Source: an uncultured SAR86 cluster bacterium
Lineage (GTDB): Bacteria > Pseudomonadota > Gammaproteobacteria > Magnimaribacterales > D2472
NCBI GenBank assembly: GCA_902624425.1
Contig: CACNXK010000003.1
Span: 41,798 to 105,797, forward strand
Direction: 5' to 3'
Length of the DNA stretch: 64,000 bases
The position numbers were made by a program, and so were the translations under genes. Below the pieces are notes generated by a model that made no database searches, had not been told where the DNA came from, and was given only the letters and a program-made list of their open reading frames with translations. Of this stretch, positions 54,777 to 64,000 are shown in pieces. Within the stretch, counting starts at the first letter, position 1, and each line of letters opens with the position of its first letter.

Positions 54777-56404
54777 TAAGATAGCTTATCTATAGCTTCA
54801 GCTTTTGCCCATTTATAGTTTGCTTTTCCATTTGGTGCTCTTTTTACTTCATCAACGAAAAGGATATTTTTAGGAGCTTTATAACCAGAAATCTTAGTTT
54901 TTGTGAAATCAGTAAGATCCTGCTCCGAAATATCAGAATTTTTATTCAGTGAAACAACTGCAACTACTCTCTGCCCAAATTTTTCATCATCTAATCCAAC
55001 AACTAGACAGTCATATACACTCTCGCTTAATTTGATAGCTTCCTCGACTTCTTCTGGATAGACTTTTTCACCAGCAGTGTTAATACAATTACTTCCTCTA
55101 CCTAAAAGATTAATAGTCCCATCTTCATTGATTGTTGCATAATCGCCAGGGAAGCTATATCGAACGCCATTGAATTCCTTAAAAGTCTCAGCTGACTTAA
55201 CAGGATCTTTATAATATCCCTCAGGAACTAATCCACTTGTTCCAATTTTACCCATTACTCCAGAACCAGGTTCAACTTCCTCGCCATCATCAGAAACTAT
55301 AACTGTCCCTGGATTTAATCTAAATTTAGCTGTTTCAGTTGGCATTGCTCTTGAAGTTATTGATGCACCCATGCCACCCTCTGTAGAGCCCATGGTATCC
55401 ATTAACATCATGTCGTGATGTTCAAGAAGTGCCTTCTTAACCTCACTGCTCCACATAACGCCCGATGAAATTATTAACATAACAGAAGAAATATCATAAG
55501 GTTTTCCAGCCTCTTTAGCTTTATTGAGAGACTCTAACATTGGCTTAGCAAAAGCATCACCAACAATTACAATACTAGAAATCTTGGATCTTTCGACTTC
55601 TTCCCACAACTTATCAGCATCAAAACTTAGATTAGGAACAGATACCACACACCCACCAGTCAACATCGGCAGGAAAGCTCCTAACCACATACCGGTTCCA
55701 TGCATCAACGGACAAGCGACTAGAGACTTTGGAAGCATGTTTGCTTCTTTAATTTTTGCAACATATTCAGGCAGTTGATCTATATCATCAGGCATCTCAA
55801 AACCCATCGCTTTGAGAGTCTTTAACATACTTGTTACAAAACCACCTTGTTTATACATTACACCTTTAGGCATTCCGGTTGTGCCACCTGTATACAACAT
55901 ATAAATTTCTTCTTCCGATCTATCTTGAGGTGGGAGCGGATCAAAATCTTTAATTATTTCATTAAAGAAGACAGCATTATCATTTAAGGGCTCCGTTCCA
56001 TCATCAATTTGAATGTAAGCTTTAACTTGAGGAAGCTTATCTTTAATTAAATCAATTTGAGATGAGTAACAACCATGAAAAAAAACTGCTTCAGTATCTG
56101 AGTTATCTAAAAGATAAACAAGTTCATCTTCTTTATATCTATAGTTGACATTTATGGGGCAACCCCCCATTTTAAAAACACCAAACTGAGCAATAAGAAA
56201 CTCATTACAGTTATGTAAATATATCCCAACTTTCGAATCCTGTTTAAGTCCTTTTTCTTGAAGGAAATTAGCAATCTTTGAAGCCTGTGACTCATACTCT
56301 GACCAAGAGACAACTTGTGAATCATTAATTAGTGCTGGAGAGTCACCAACAAGCTTTGCATTTGACTCCCAAATTTTTGCAAAATGTAATTTACCAGAAC
56401 TCAT
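54776..56404 (-). CDS. AMP-dependent acyl-CoA synthetase/ligase
   Basis: AMP-binding motif MLYTGGTTGMPKGV, YATINEDGTINLLGR, and the C-terminal lysine region PNGKANY. Confidence 0.85.
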   Translation of the reverse strand: MSSGKLHFAKIWESNAKLVGDSPALINDSQVVSWSEYESQASKIANFLQEKGLKQDSKVGIYLHNCNEFLIAQFGVFKMGGCPINVNYRYKEDELVYLLDNSDTEAVFFHGCYSSQIDLIKDKLPQVKAYIQIDDGTEPLNDNAVFFNEIIKDFDPLPPQDRSEEEIYMLYTGGTTGMPKGVMYKQGGFVTSMLKTLKAMGFEMPDDIDQLPEYVAKIKEANMLPKSLVACPLMHGTGMWLGAFLPMLTGGCVVSVPNLSFDADKLWEEVERSKISSIVIVGDAFAKPMLESLNKAKEAGKPYDISSVMLIISSGVMWSSEVKKALLEHHDMMLMDTMGSTEGGMGASITSRAMPTETAKFRLNPGTVIVSDDGEEVEPGSGVMGKIGTSGLVPEGYYKDPVKSAETFKEFNGVRYSFPGDYATINEDGTINLLGRGSNCINTAGEKVYPEEVEEAIKLSESVYDCLVVGLDDEKFGQRVVAVVSLNKNSDISEQDLTDFTKTKISGYKAPKNILFVDEVKRAPNGKANYKWAKAEAIDKLS

Positions 56405-56481
56405 ATCTTTTACTATTAAAACATAATATTATTTTCCACAAAAGCATAGTAGAATTTAGAATCATCTTTAGAGGATATTTT

Positions 56482-58158
56482 ATGACAGATGCATACTCAG
56501 AAGCAGTAAAAAAATATACAGAGCCTGGTCAAATTTTTGAATTCAAAGAAGTAACTAATGATAAGGGCGTTACTTACCGCGAATTTTGTAACCCAGCAAT
56601 ACCAGAAAATTTAAGAAAGTTTTTTGATTTTGGTTTACTTCATCCTGACAAAGATTGGCTTGTCTATGACGATGAGCGATATGAATACAAAGAAATATTC
56701 GATAAATCTGCAAAACTCGCTAACGCATTAATTGCTGCTGGTATACAAAAAGGTGACAGAGTTGCAATTTGCATGGTCAATTCCCCTGAATACATCATTG
56801 CTATGATGGGAATTATTGGGATAGGAGCTGTAGCAGTGCCTCTAAACTCTTGGTGGGTTCCCAAAGAGGTAACATACGGCCTACAAAATAGTGAAGCAAA
56901 GCTCTTAATTGCTGATGATAAAAGATTGGTGGGTCTGGATGATCTTGATTTAATAAAAGTTTCAGTAAGATCAGAAACCAGTGATCATCAAGACTTCTAT
57001 GATTTTATTAAGGATCAAAGTGATTCATGGCCAGAAGTAGATATTTCTGGTGAAGACAATGCAACTATATTTTATACATCAGGCTCTACTGGCAACCCTA
57101 AAGGCGTTTTATTGACTCATAAAAGTATGATTTCAGGCTTCTTTTCATGGTTATGTATTTCTCAGATAAGGGTTGAGTTATATGGTGATGGATTGGATGT
57201 TAATAGTGGTAAGCAACTATCAATTCTTCATTGTGTTCCTTTATTTCATGTAACCGGTAGTCATGTAGGTTTCTTTATGTCAATTCCTGTTGGCAGAAAG
57301 ATTGTTATGATGAAAAAATGGGATGCAAAAGAAGCACTTGAACTACTTGAAAAAGAAAAAATAACAAATATAACAGGTGTTCCAACGCAAACCTGGGAGC
57401 TTCTAAATCATCCTGATAGAGATAAATATGATCTCAGTAACCTTGAAGATTTATCAGGAGGAGGCGCAGCAAGACCTCCAGAGCATGTGAAACAGCTTGA
57501 TGAAGCTTTTAAGGCCAGACCCTCTATAGGATATGGATTAACTGAAACTAATGCAATCGGAACAATCGGTGGCGGTGATGAATATCTTCAAAACCCCTCT
57601 AGCTGTGGCAGAGTTGTGCCACCATTAACTGATGTTGATATCATCGATTCAAATTGGAATTCATTGCCTGAAGGCGAGGTTGGAGAGATTGTTATCAAAA
57701 GTCCAGCAAATATGGCCGGCTATTGGAAAAATGAGGAAGCAACCAATGAGGTGATCAATGAAGAGGGATGGTTTAAGTCTGGTGATTTAGGATATTTTAA
57801 TGGTCCATTTCTGCACATTGTTGATAGAGTCAAGGATCTAGTTATTAGAGGTGGAGAAAATATTTCATGTATAGAAGTAGAGGCAGCAATATATGAGCAT
57901 GATTCTGTTTCCGAGGTTTGTGTCTTTGGGATACCTGAGGAGAGGCTTGGTGAAAAACTCTGTGCTGCAATCCACCTAAAAGACTCTAAAAATTTGGATG
58001 AAGATACGTTAAATTCTTTCTTAGCTGAGAGATTGGCAAAGTTTAAGATCCCTGCCTTTGTAGTTTTTGAAGACAATCCATTGCCGCGAGTTGGTTCAGG
58101 GAAATTTTCAAAAACGCAATTGCGTGAAATGTTTGTGAATTATGAAAAAGAGCTTTAA
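56482..58158 (+). CDS. AMP-dependent acyl-CoA synthetase/ligase (second, divergent copy)
   Basis: Preferred start is the ATG at 56482, preceded by GAGGA (56471-56475). IFYTSGSTGNPKGV, GYGLTETN, WFKSGDLGY...VDRVKDLVIRGGENI. The track start at 56332 would overlap the divergent gene. Confidence 0.85.
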   Translation: MTDAYSEAVKKYTEPGQIFEFKEVTNDKGVTYREFCNPAIPENLRKFFDFGLLHPDKDWLVYDDERYEYKEIFDKSAKLANALIAAGIQKGDRVAICMVNSPEYIIAMMGIIGIGAVAVPLNSWWVPKEVTYGLQNSEAKLLIADDKRLVGLDDLDLIKVSVRSETSDHQDFYDFIKDQSDSWPEVDISGEDNATIFYTSGSTGNPKGVLLTHKSMISGFFSWLCISQIRVELYGDGLDVNSGKQLSILHCVPLFHVTGSHVGFFMSIPVGRKIVMMKKWDAKEALELLEKEKITNITGVPTQTWELLNHPDRDKYDLSNLEDLSGGGAARPPEHVKQLDEAFKARPSIGYGLTETNAIGTIGGGDEYLQNPSSCGRVVPPLTDVDIIDSNWNSLPEGEVGEIVIKSPANMAGYWKNEEATNEVINEEGWFKSGDLGYFNGPFLHIVDRVKDLVIRGGENISCIEVEAAIYEHDSVSEVCVFGIPEERLGEKLCAAIHLKDSKNLDEDTLNSFLAERLAKFKIPAFVVFEDNPLPRVGSGKFSKTQLREMFVNYEKEL

Positions 58159-58196
58159 TTTTTTTTATGATGATGTATAAATATTAATTAGTAGTT

Positions 58197-58892
58197 ATGT
58201 CGCATCATATTTTAGTAGTAGAAGACGAACCAGATATAAACAAAACCGTTTCTTATAATTTAGCCAATGAGGGTTTTCACCCCGTAAGTGCGCTCAACCT
58301 TAAAGAAGCTGATGATCAACTTTCATCAAATAATATATCTTTAATAATTCTAGATTTAATGCTTCCTGATGGCTCGGGATTAGATTTTTGTAAAACTCTT
58401 AAGTCATCAAATATTTATAAAAATATTCCTATAATTATTGTTACAGCAAAAGGTGATGAAGTTGATAAAGTAGTTGGTTTTGAGCTTGGCGCAGATGATT
58501 ATGTAACGAAACCTTTCAGCGTAAGAGAGCTTATGTTGAGAATAAAGGCCATATTAAAAAGAAATACACAGGAAAGAAACTCAAACTCTAGCACAGTCTT
58601 TACTTTTGAGGGCTTGACTATTAGTGATGACTCTCATGAGGTTTTTGTTAACAATATTGAGATAAATTTAACTGCTTTGGAATTTAAACTTTTGAAGCAT
58701 TTAGTTGACAGAAGAGGCAGGGTTCAAACTCGTGACCAGCTTTTAGAAGAAGTTTGGGGATATTCTTCTCATGTTACTACCAGAACCGTCGATACTCATG
58801 TCAAAAGATTAAGAGAAAAGCTTAAAGAAATGGGTAAACATATCCAAACAATCAGAGGTGTTGGATATAGGTTCTCTAGGTCATCTGAATAG
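58197..58892 (+). CDS. phoB: OmpR-family response regulator, PhoB-like
   Basis: ILVVEDEPDI, DLMLPDGSGLDFC, IPIIIVTAKGDEVDKVVGFELGADDYVTKPFSVRELMLRIKAILKR and TRTVDTHVKRLREKL all parallel PhoB. Confidence 0.65.
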   Translation: MSHHILVVEDEPDINKTVSYNLANEGFHPVSALNLKEADDQLSSNNISLIILDLMLPDGSGLDFCKTLKSSNIYKNIPIIIVTAKGDEVDKVVGFELGADDYVTKPFSVRELMLRIKAILKRNTQERNSNSSTVFTFEGLTISDDSHEVFVNNIEINLTALEFKLLKHLVDRRGRVQTRDQLLEEVWGYSSHVTTRTVDTHVKRLREKLKEMGKHIQTIRGVGYRFSRSSE

Positions 58893-58898
58893 AGTCTA

Positions 58899-60107
58899 AT
58901 GTTTTCTTTTCTTAGAATCTTCACTGTTTTCTTAATTTCATTTATCTCGTTCTTTTTAATTCAGAGCTACTTTGATGGGGCTTACAGCTCCAATCTTGAA
59001 ATAAGCATCACAATTTTTTTATTTTCATTATTTTCATCATTGCTTGTTTGGAGAATTAACCGAACTAGAATTAAATTGATTGCAAAACAAACAGATTCTT
59101 TTGGAAGTGTTTTAGATAACTTAGGAGAGGGTGTTCTGCTGGCTTCTACATATGGTGATATTACATATGCAAATGAAAGCATGCTAAAGATATTTGAGTT
59201 CAAATCTCTTAAAAATAAAAATATTAATGATTTAAAAATTAATGCATTAAAGAATATGTTTAAAAATGCTTTAAAAGATGGCTTATTCCAATATGAATTT
59301 CAAATCCAAGGCAAAAGTTCAAATCCTAAATGGTTACTTGGATCCATAAATAGATCAAAAACAACAAATGAAATCATTCTTGTGATTAATGATGTTACTG
59401 AATTAAGGGCAAATGCTTCTATGAGAAGAGATTTTATTTCCAATTTATCGCATGAATTAAGAACTCCCGTTAGTGTTATTTCTGCAAATGCTGAAACTTT
59501 GGTGGATGGTGCTATTGATAACAAGAAGGATGCAAAAATTTTTTCAAAAGCCATCCTTCATAATGCTGAAAGGATTTCAGGTTTGGTTAGTGACTTAATA
59601 GACTTATCAAGGATTGATTATGGCGAGATTCACTTAGATCTTAGTGAATTAAATGTTTGTGATGTTGTAAATGTTGTTAAAAATTCACATTACAGTTCTG
59701 CTAAAAGAAAAGGAATAAATATCAATTTTATAGAGAAAAAACTACCCAATGTTCTAGCGGACGAGGCTGCTGTTGAGAGAATCATGACGAATCTTCTAGA
59801 TAATGCTATTAAATACACTAAAGCTAATGACGAAGGTGAGGTTGAGATTGAAGTAAAGAAAGAGAAAAATTTCATTAAAGTTTTAGTTAAAGATCTTGGA
59901 ATAGGGATACAAAGCTCTGATCAAGAGCTTGTTTTTAAGCGATTCTATAGAACGCCAGATGCAAGGGCAAGCCAAAAAACTGGAAGCGGTCTTGGGCTTG
60001 CAATTGTAAAAAACCTCACTATAAGTCTTGGTGGTCAAGTTGGTGTAATGAAAAGAAGTTATAAAGGCAGCACTTTTTGGTTTACACTCCCAATTTACAA
60101 TTCCTAA
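58899..60107 (+). CDS. phoR: Sensor histidine kinase, PhoR-like
   Basis: N-terminal TM segments, a PAS-like region, H-box FISNLSHELRTPVSVI, N-box LLDNAIKYT, and G-boxes DLGIGI / GSGLGLAIV. Confidence 0.6.
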   Translation: MFSFLRIFTVFLISFISFFLIQSYFDGAYSSNLEISITIFLFSLFSSLLVWRINRTRIKLIAKQTDSFGSVLDNLGEGVLLASTYGDITYANESMLKIFEFKSLKNKNINDLKINALKNMFKNALKDGLFQYEFQIQGKSSNPKWLLGSINRSKTTNEIILVINDVTELRANASMRRDFISNLSHELRTPVSVISANAETLVDGAIDNKKDAKIFSKAILHNAERISGLVSDLIDLSRIDYGEIHLDLSELNVCDVVNVVKNSHYSSAKRKGININFIEKKLPNVLADEAAVERIMTNLLDNAIKYTKANDEGEVEIEVKKEKNFIKVLVKDLGIGIQSSDQELVFKRFYRTPDARASQKTGSGLGLAIVKNLTISLGGQVGVMKRSYKGSTFWFTLPIYNS

Positions 60108-60172
60108 CTTAAGCTAGCTGTTTAAAGTATATTCCCTTTAAATAAGCTAAAATACTCAGTTCGTTTTTTAAT

Positions 60173-60556
60173 ATGAATAAAATAAATCTAAAATATGTGT
60201 TCTACTTTTTAGTGATATCACTATCAGCATATCTGCTTGTAAGCACTTTGATCTTGAACAGCTCCAATAAAATAGAGGATTTTTCTGTAATTAGGCCAAT
60301 TAATGTCCAAAACACAACAATACGAAACGATATCTCTAGTACACCTCCTGCAAGCTTTAATTATGAATTATCCGCTGTGAGATTGGGTGATGAGAATACA
60401 TCAGTGATTGTAAAAAAGGGAGGTACGGAATACGTAGTTCAGATTAATGAGTTGTTAGAAAATAAATATAAACTAATACAAGTAGATAAAAGTGTAATAA
60501 TTTTTGAATTTCAAGGTAAAAAATTTACAATAAATAATAGGTTTAGTAATGAATAA
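60173..60556 (+). CDS. gspC: Short GspC-like type II secretion protein (TM plus HR domain only)
   Basis: 127 aa. N-terminal TM segment. YELSAVRLGDENTSVIVKKGGTEYVVQINELLENKYKLIQVDKSVIIFEFQGKKFTI resembles the GspC/PilP HR domain. Sits directly upstream of gspD, overlapping it by 8 nt. Confidence 0.55.
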   Translation: MNKINLKYVFYFLVISLSAYLLVSTLILNSSNKIEDFSVIRPINVQNTTIRNDISSTPPASFNYELSAVRLGDENTSVIVKKGGTEYVVQINELLENKYKLIQVDKSVIIFEFQGKKFTINNRFSNE

Positions 60557-62396
60557 CTTTTTTAAAAAATCTTTATTAGCGACGACATTATGCGCATTTT
60601 TTATTGTGCAAGCTCAGGAAACTTTTATTCTTAATTATGAAGATGTCGATATTAAAAAAGTAACTCAAGATATAGCTAATTTTTCAAAGAAAACTATTAT
60701 TCTCGATCCAAGAGTAAAAGGGAAGGTTACAATCTTTTCTAACTCATCACTATCTTCTGATGAAGTTTGGGATGTTTATTTACGCACAATACAGGTTAAT
60801 GGTTTTAGCGCCCTTAATGATGAGAATTTTGTAAGGATTGTCCCTGAAAACGAAGCAACTAGAGATCAAAACTCTGGAGAATCAGGCGGCGAATTTATTA
60901 CAAGAGTTATTGAGCTTAAAAATAGGTCCTCAGTTGAACTTTTACCACTCATTAAGCCAATCGCCGGAAGGCAAGCGAATGTTTCAAGTATTGCATCAAT
61001 TAACTCTTTACTTATCGTTGATAGAAAAAGCAATGTTGAAAGAATAACGGAGGTAGTTCAGTCATTAGATGAAGACAACACTGCAAGTGTGACTATTGTT
61101 GATTTAAAAAATCTGTCATCAGTTGAAGCAGTTAGAATTCTTGAGAAGTTAAAATCCCAAAACAATCCTACAATCAATAATTTTGTTGCCATTTCTTTCA
61201 GTGCATCAAATTCTGTAATAGTGTCTGCCAACTCAATTACAACAAATATAATCAAAGAAACACTTCAGCAATTAGATGCTGATGCAATTAGTGAAGGTTC
61301 AGTCGCTGTCATATATCTTAAATATGCTAATGCTGAGGAGGTTGCTGGAATAGTTAGTTCTATAGCTTCAAGATTTATTTCTTCAGAATCAGAAAAACCA
61401 ATAGTCACCTACCATGCTCCAACAAATTCGGTTGTTGTATCAAGTGATGAATCAAATATAGCAACTATAAAAAATCTTATATCTAAACTTGATATAAGAA
61501 GGGCTCAAGTATTAGTAGAAGCTATAGTAGTAGAGCTTTCAGAAACAGCTGCAAGAAGCTTGGGTGTAGAAACTATTTTTGCTGGTGCAGAGGATGGAGA
61601 AATACCCATTGGAATTACTAGATTTCAGAATGGAACAGGACCTGACCTTCTAGGCTTAACAGGATCTGCGATTGAGTCTGGTGATAATGCTAATTTTTCA
61701 AATATTGCAGCTAATTCGCTTTTAAACTCTCAGGGCATCATTGCAGGTATTGGAAAAATATCAGAGGATGATGACAGCATGATAGCGATTATCAATGCTA
61801 TAGATGCAGATAAGAATTCTAATATCTTAACTACTACATCATTATTGGCAATGGACAATGAGGAAGCTTCTACTGTTATTGGTCAGGAAATTCCTATTAC
61901 AACAGGTGAAAGTTTAGGTTCAAATAATACAAACCCCTTCAGGACAACCTCAAGAGAAGAGGTTGGTATCAAGCTTTCAGTAAAGCCTCAAATTAATGAG
62001 GGCAATTCAGTTATCTTAGAGATAAAACAGGAAGTATCAGGTGTTGCTGGCCCATTAACTGGGACTACTGATTTAATTACAAATAAAAGAACAATAGAAA
62101 CTACTGTATTGGTAGATAACAATCAAATTATTGTTTTGGGCGGTTTGGTTGATGAAGACATACAGGAAGATATTCAGAGAGTCCCTGTCCTAGGTTCAAT
62201 TCCAGTTCTGGGTAAATTGTTCCAATCATCCAGTGAGTCAAAAGTGAAAAAGAATTTAATGGTCTTTTTAAGACCTAAGATTTTAGTTGACTCGGAATCG
62301 GTTTCTCAGATTTCGACTGAAAAGTATAATTTTATCAAAGCAGAACAATTACTTAAGCAGCAATCTAAGCTAATCGACCTCACAAAAGATAAATAG
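60549..62396 (+). CDS. gspD: Type II secretion system secretin GspD
   Basis: N0 domain FILNYEDVDIKKVTQDIANFSKKTIILDPRVKGKVTIFS and secretin core VPVLGSIPVLGKLF. Confidence 0.93.
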   Translation: MNNFFKKSLLATTLCAFFIVQAQETFILNYEDVDIKKVTQDIANFSKKTIILDPRVKGKVTIFSNSSLSSDEVWDVYLRTIQVNGFSALNDENFVRIVPENEATRDQNSGESGGEFITRVIELKNRSSVELLPLIKPIAGRQANVSSIASINSLLIVDRKSNVERITEVVQSLDEDNTASVTIVDLKNLSSVEAVRILEKLKSQNNPTINNFVAISFSASNSVIVSANSITTNIIKETLQQLDADAISEGSVAVIYLKYANAEEVAGIVSSIASRFISSESEKPIVTYHAPTNSVVVSSDESNIATIKNLISKLDIRRAQVLVEAIVVELSETAARSLGVETIFAGAEDGEIPIGITRFQNGTGPDLLGLTGSAIESGDNANFSNIAANSLLNSQGIIAGIGKISEDDDSMIAIINAIDADKNSNILTTTSLLAMDNEEASTVIGQEIPITTGESLGSNNTNPFRTTSREEVGIKLSVKPQINEGNSVILEIKQEVSGVAGPLTGTTDLITNKRTIETTVLVDNNQIIVLGGLVDEDIQEDIQRVPVLGSIPVLGKLFQSSSESKVKKNLMVFLRPKILVDSESVSQISTEKYNFIKAEQLLKQQSKLIDLTKDK

Positions 62397-63902
62397 ATGT
62401 CTGATATACCTAATGATGTCATGGCTGAAACATCAAGCATTCTTCCTTACGACTTCGTAAAACAGAATAATATCTTTGGAATAGATAAAAATGGCGAGAT
62501 TAAAATTTATTCAACTTCAGAGCTAAGCTTTGATATACATCAGGAGCTATTTAGGTATATAGGGAAATCATTTGAAGTAGAAATTTGTGATGCTGAGGAA
62601 TTAAATAACCTCATAACATCAAATTTTTCTGTGATTTCACAAAACTCTGAACTTTCAGAAGAACTTAAAGATAATTTTGATCTCAAAACTTTTGCAGGAA
62701 CAATTACAGCTACAGAAGATCTATTAAGTGGGAGCAATGATGCCCCAATCATAAAACTTATAAATGGTATTTTAAGTCAGGCAATTAAGTTAAGAGCATC
62801 TGATATTCACTTTGAGCCATATGAAGATTCTTTATCGGTTAGATATAGGATAGATGGAATATTGCAGGAAGTTTTATCTCAAGATCCTCGACTCACACCA
62901 TTAATTATTGCCAGACTAAAGGTAATTTCAAAACTTGATATTTCTGAAAGGAGGTTGCCACAGGATGGAAGAGTTTCGTTATCACTAGGAGATAAAAATG
63001 TTGATGTTCGTGTTTCAACTTTACCATCTACATATGGAGAAAGAATTGTATTAAGACTCTTAGATAAACAATCAGCACAAATCAATATTAATGATCTTGG
63101 TTTACCGCAAACAATACTTTCAACCTATAAGAAGTCTTTAAGTGAATCAGAAGGTATTATTCTAGTTACTGGACCAACAGGCTCAGGAAAAACTACAACG
63201 CTTTATGCTGGTCTTAGAGATCTTAGTGACTCGTCTCAAAATATTCTTACTGTTGAGGATCCAATTGAATATACCCTGAAAGGCATTGGACAAACACAGG
63301 TTAATCAAAAGACAGGGTACTCTTTTGCTACAGGATTACGCGCAATGCTCAGGCAAGATCCAGATGTTGTGATGGTGGGAGAAATAAGAGATACAGAAAC
63401 TGCCCAAATTGCTATTCAGGCTAGCTTAACGGGCCATCTAGTTTTATCAACAGTACATACAAATAGCGCTGTCGGAGCTATCACTAGGCTGAGAGATATG
63501 GGAATAGAATCATTTTTAATATCTTCAAGTTTGAAAACAGTAATTTCTCAAAGACTTGTAAGAAGGTTATGTGATAGATGCAAAGTTAAAAACACTATTA
63601 ATAAAGACATTGCTGATTTGTTTGGTCTTAAGCAGAATCTTGAAGTTTATGATCACAAGGGCTGTGATAAATGTAATGGTACTGGATACAAAGGAAGAAT
63701 TGCTGTTGCAGAGTGTGTAAATGTTGATAAAACCATTAAAGACATGATTCACAACGAAAAGTCAGAGAATGAGATTAATGAGTATGTATTTAAAAATGCT
63801 CCATCTATAAATTCTTCATGCTCAGATCTTCTTATAAAAGGTATAACGTCTTGTGATGAGCTCATCAGATCTAACAATATAAAAGAAGATGCCTTCGTAT
63901 AG
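62397..63902 (+). CDS. gspE: Type II secretion system ATPase GspE
   Basis: Walker A GPTGSGKTTTLYA, Asp box, Walker B DPDVVMVGEIRD, and tetracysteine CDRC...CDKC. Confidence 0.95.
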   Translation: MSDIPNDVMAETSSILPYDFVKQNNIFGIDKNGEIKIYSTSELSFDIHQELFRYIGKSFEVEICDAEELNNLITSNFSVISQNSELSEELKDNFDLKTFAGTITATEDLLSGSNDAPIIKLINGILSQAIKLRASDIHFEPYEDSLSVRYRIDGILQEVLSQDPRLTPLIIARLKVISKLDISERRLPQDGRVSLSLGDKNVDVRVSTLPSTYGERIVLRLLDKQSAQININDLGLPQTILSTYKKSLSESEGIILVTGPTGSGKTTTLYAGLRDLSDSSQNILTVEDPIEYTLKGIGQTQVNQKTGYSFATGLRAMLRQDPDVVMVGEIRDTETAQIAIQASLTGHLVLSTVHTNSAVGAITRLRDMGIESFLISSSLKTVISQRLVRRLCDRCKVKNTINKDIADLFGLKQNLEVYDHKGCDKCNGTGYKGRIAVAECVNVDKTIKDMIHNEKSENEINEYVFKNAPSINSSCSDLLIKGITSCDELIRSNNIKEDAFV

Positions 63903-64000
63903 CTATAAAGCTTTTGATTCAGAAGGCGGAATTCAATCAGGATTTATAAATGCCGAAAGTGAAAGATTGGCAAGAAAGGAAATAAAAAGTCTTAATTTAA
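63889..64000 (+). CDS. gspF: Type II secretion system protein GspF, N-terminal fragment (runs off the right edge)
   Basis: The ATG at 63889 overlaps the gspE stop. My translation MPSYSYKAFDSEGGIQSGFINAESERLARKEIKSLNL matches the GspF N-terminal pattern (F.Y.A.D..G....G...A.....A...L...G). Confidence 0.75.
   Translation, partial: MPSYSYKAFDSEGGIQSGFINAESERLARKEIKSLNL

Overview
AT-rich, very gene-dense chromosomal segment. Hand counts on sample 60-nt lines give about 25-35% G+C, and many neighbouring genes abut or overlap by 1-14 bp. The core gene order is gammaproteobacterial: rpoE-rseA-degP-lepA-lepB-rnc-era-recO-acpS-adk, queA-tgt-yajC-secD-secF, divergent suhB/trmJ, aceE-aceF, phoB/phoR-like, and gspC-D-E-F running off the right edge. 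The composition, compaction and content (1004-aa TonB-dependent receptor, SSS symporter + GH3 beta-glucosidase + glucokinase, RRM RNA-binding protein, PhoD-like phosphatase) suggest a streamlined marine lineage; SAR86-like is only a guess. There are four tRNAs: Leu-CAA, Glu-UUC, Gly-GCC and Gly-UCC. I saw no CRISPR array, transposase, integrase, phage genes or recognisable defence system. The signals I rate highest are non-coding. (1) A promoter-to-terminator unit of about 220 nt between glcB and pyk carries six A(N)GGA motifs and an upstream palindrome, and is a candidate Csr/Rsm-type CsrA-sponge sRNA. (2) Three consensus DnaA boxes plus GATC-bearing tandem 11-mers lie in the 296-bp serA-ung spacer. 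(3) Six 11-bp-phased degenerate direct repeats (ATGTnACAAnn), Pho-box/ArcA-like in geometry, lie between two convergent genes next to a PhoD-like phosphatase. Accessory or odd coding content includes a higher-GC two-gene LPS-core islet (kdkA + glycosyltransferase) beside tRNA-Gly, three tandem paralogous exported proteins of unknown function, a PncC-like/NadD-like fusion, an amidase fused to a TonB-C-like domain, a miniaturised TsaB, a divergent stand-alone L33-like ORF, and a ygfZ whose conserved N-terminus has no canonical start codon. All functional calls rest on motif recognition by eye; no database search was run.
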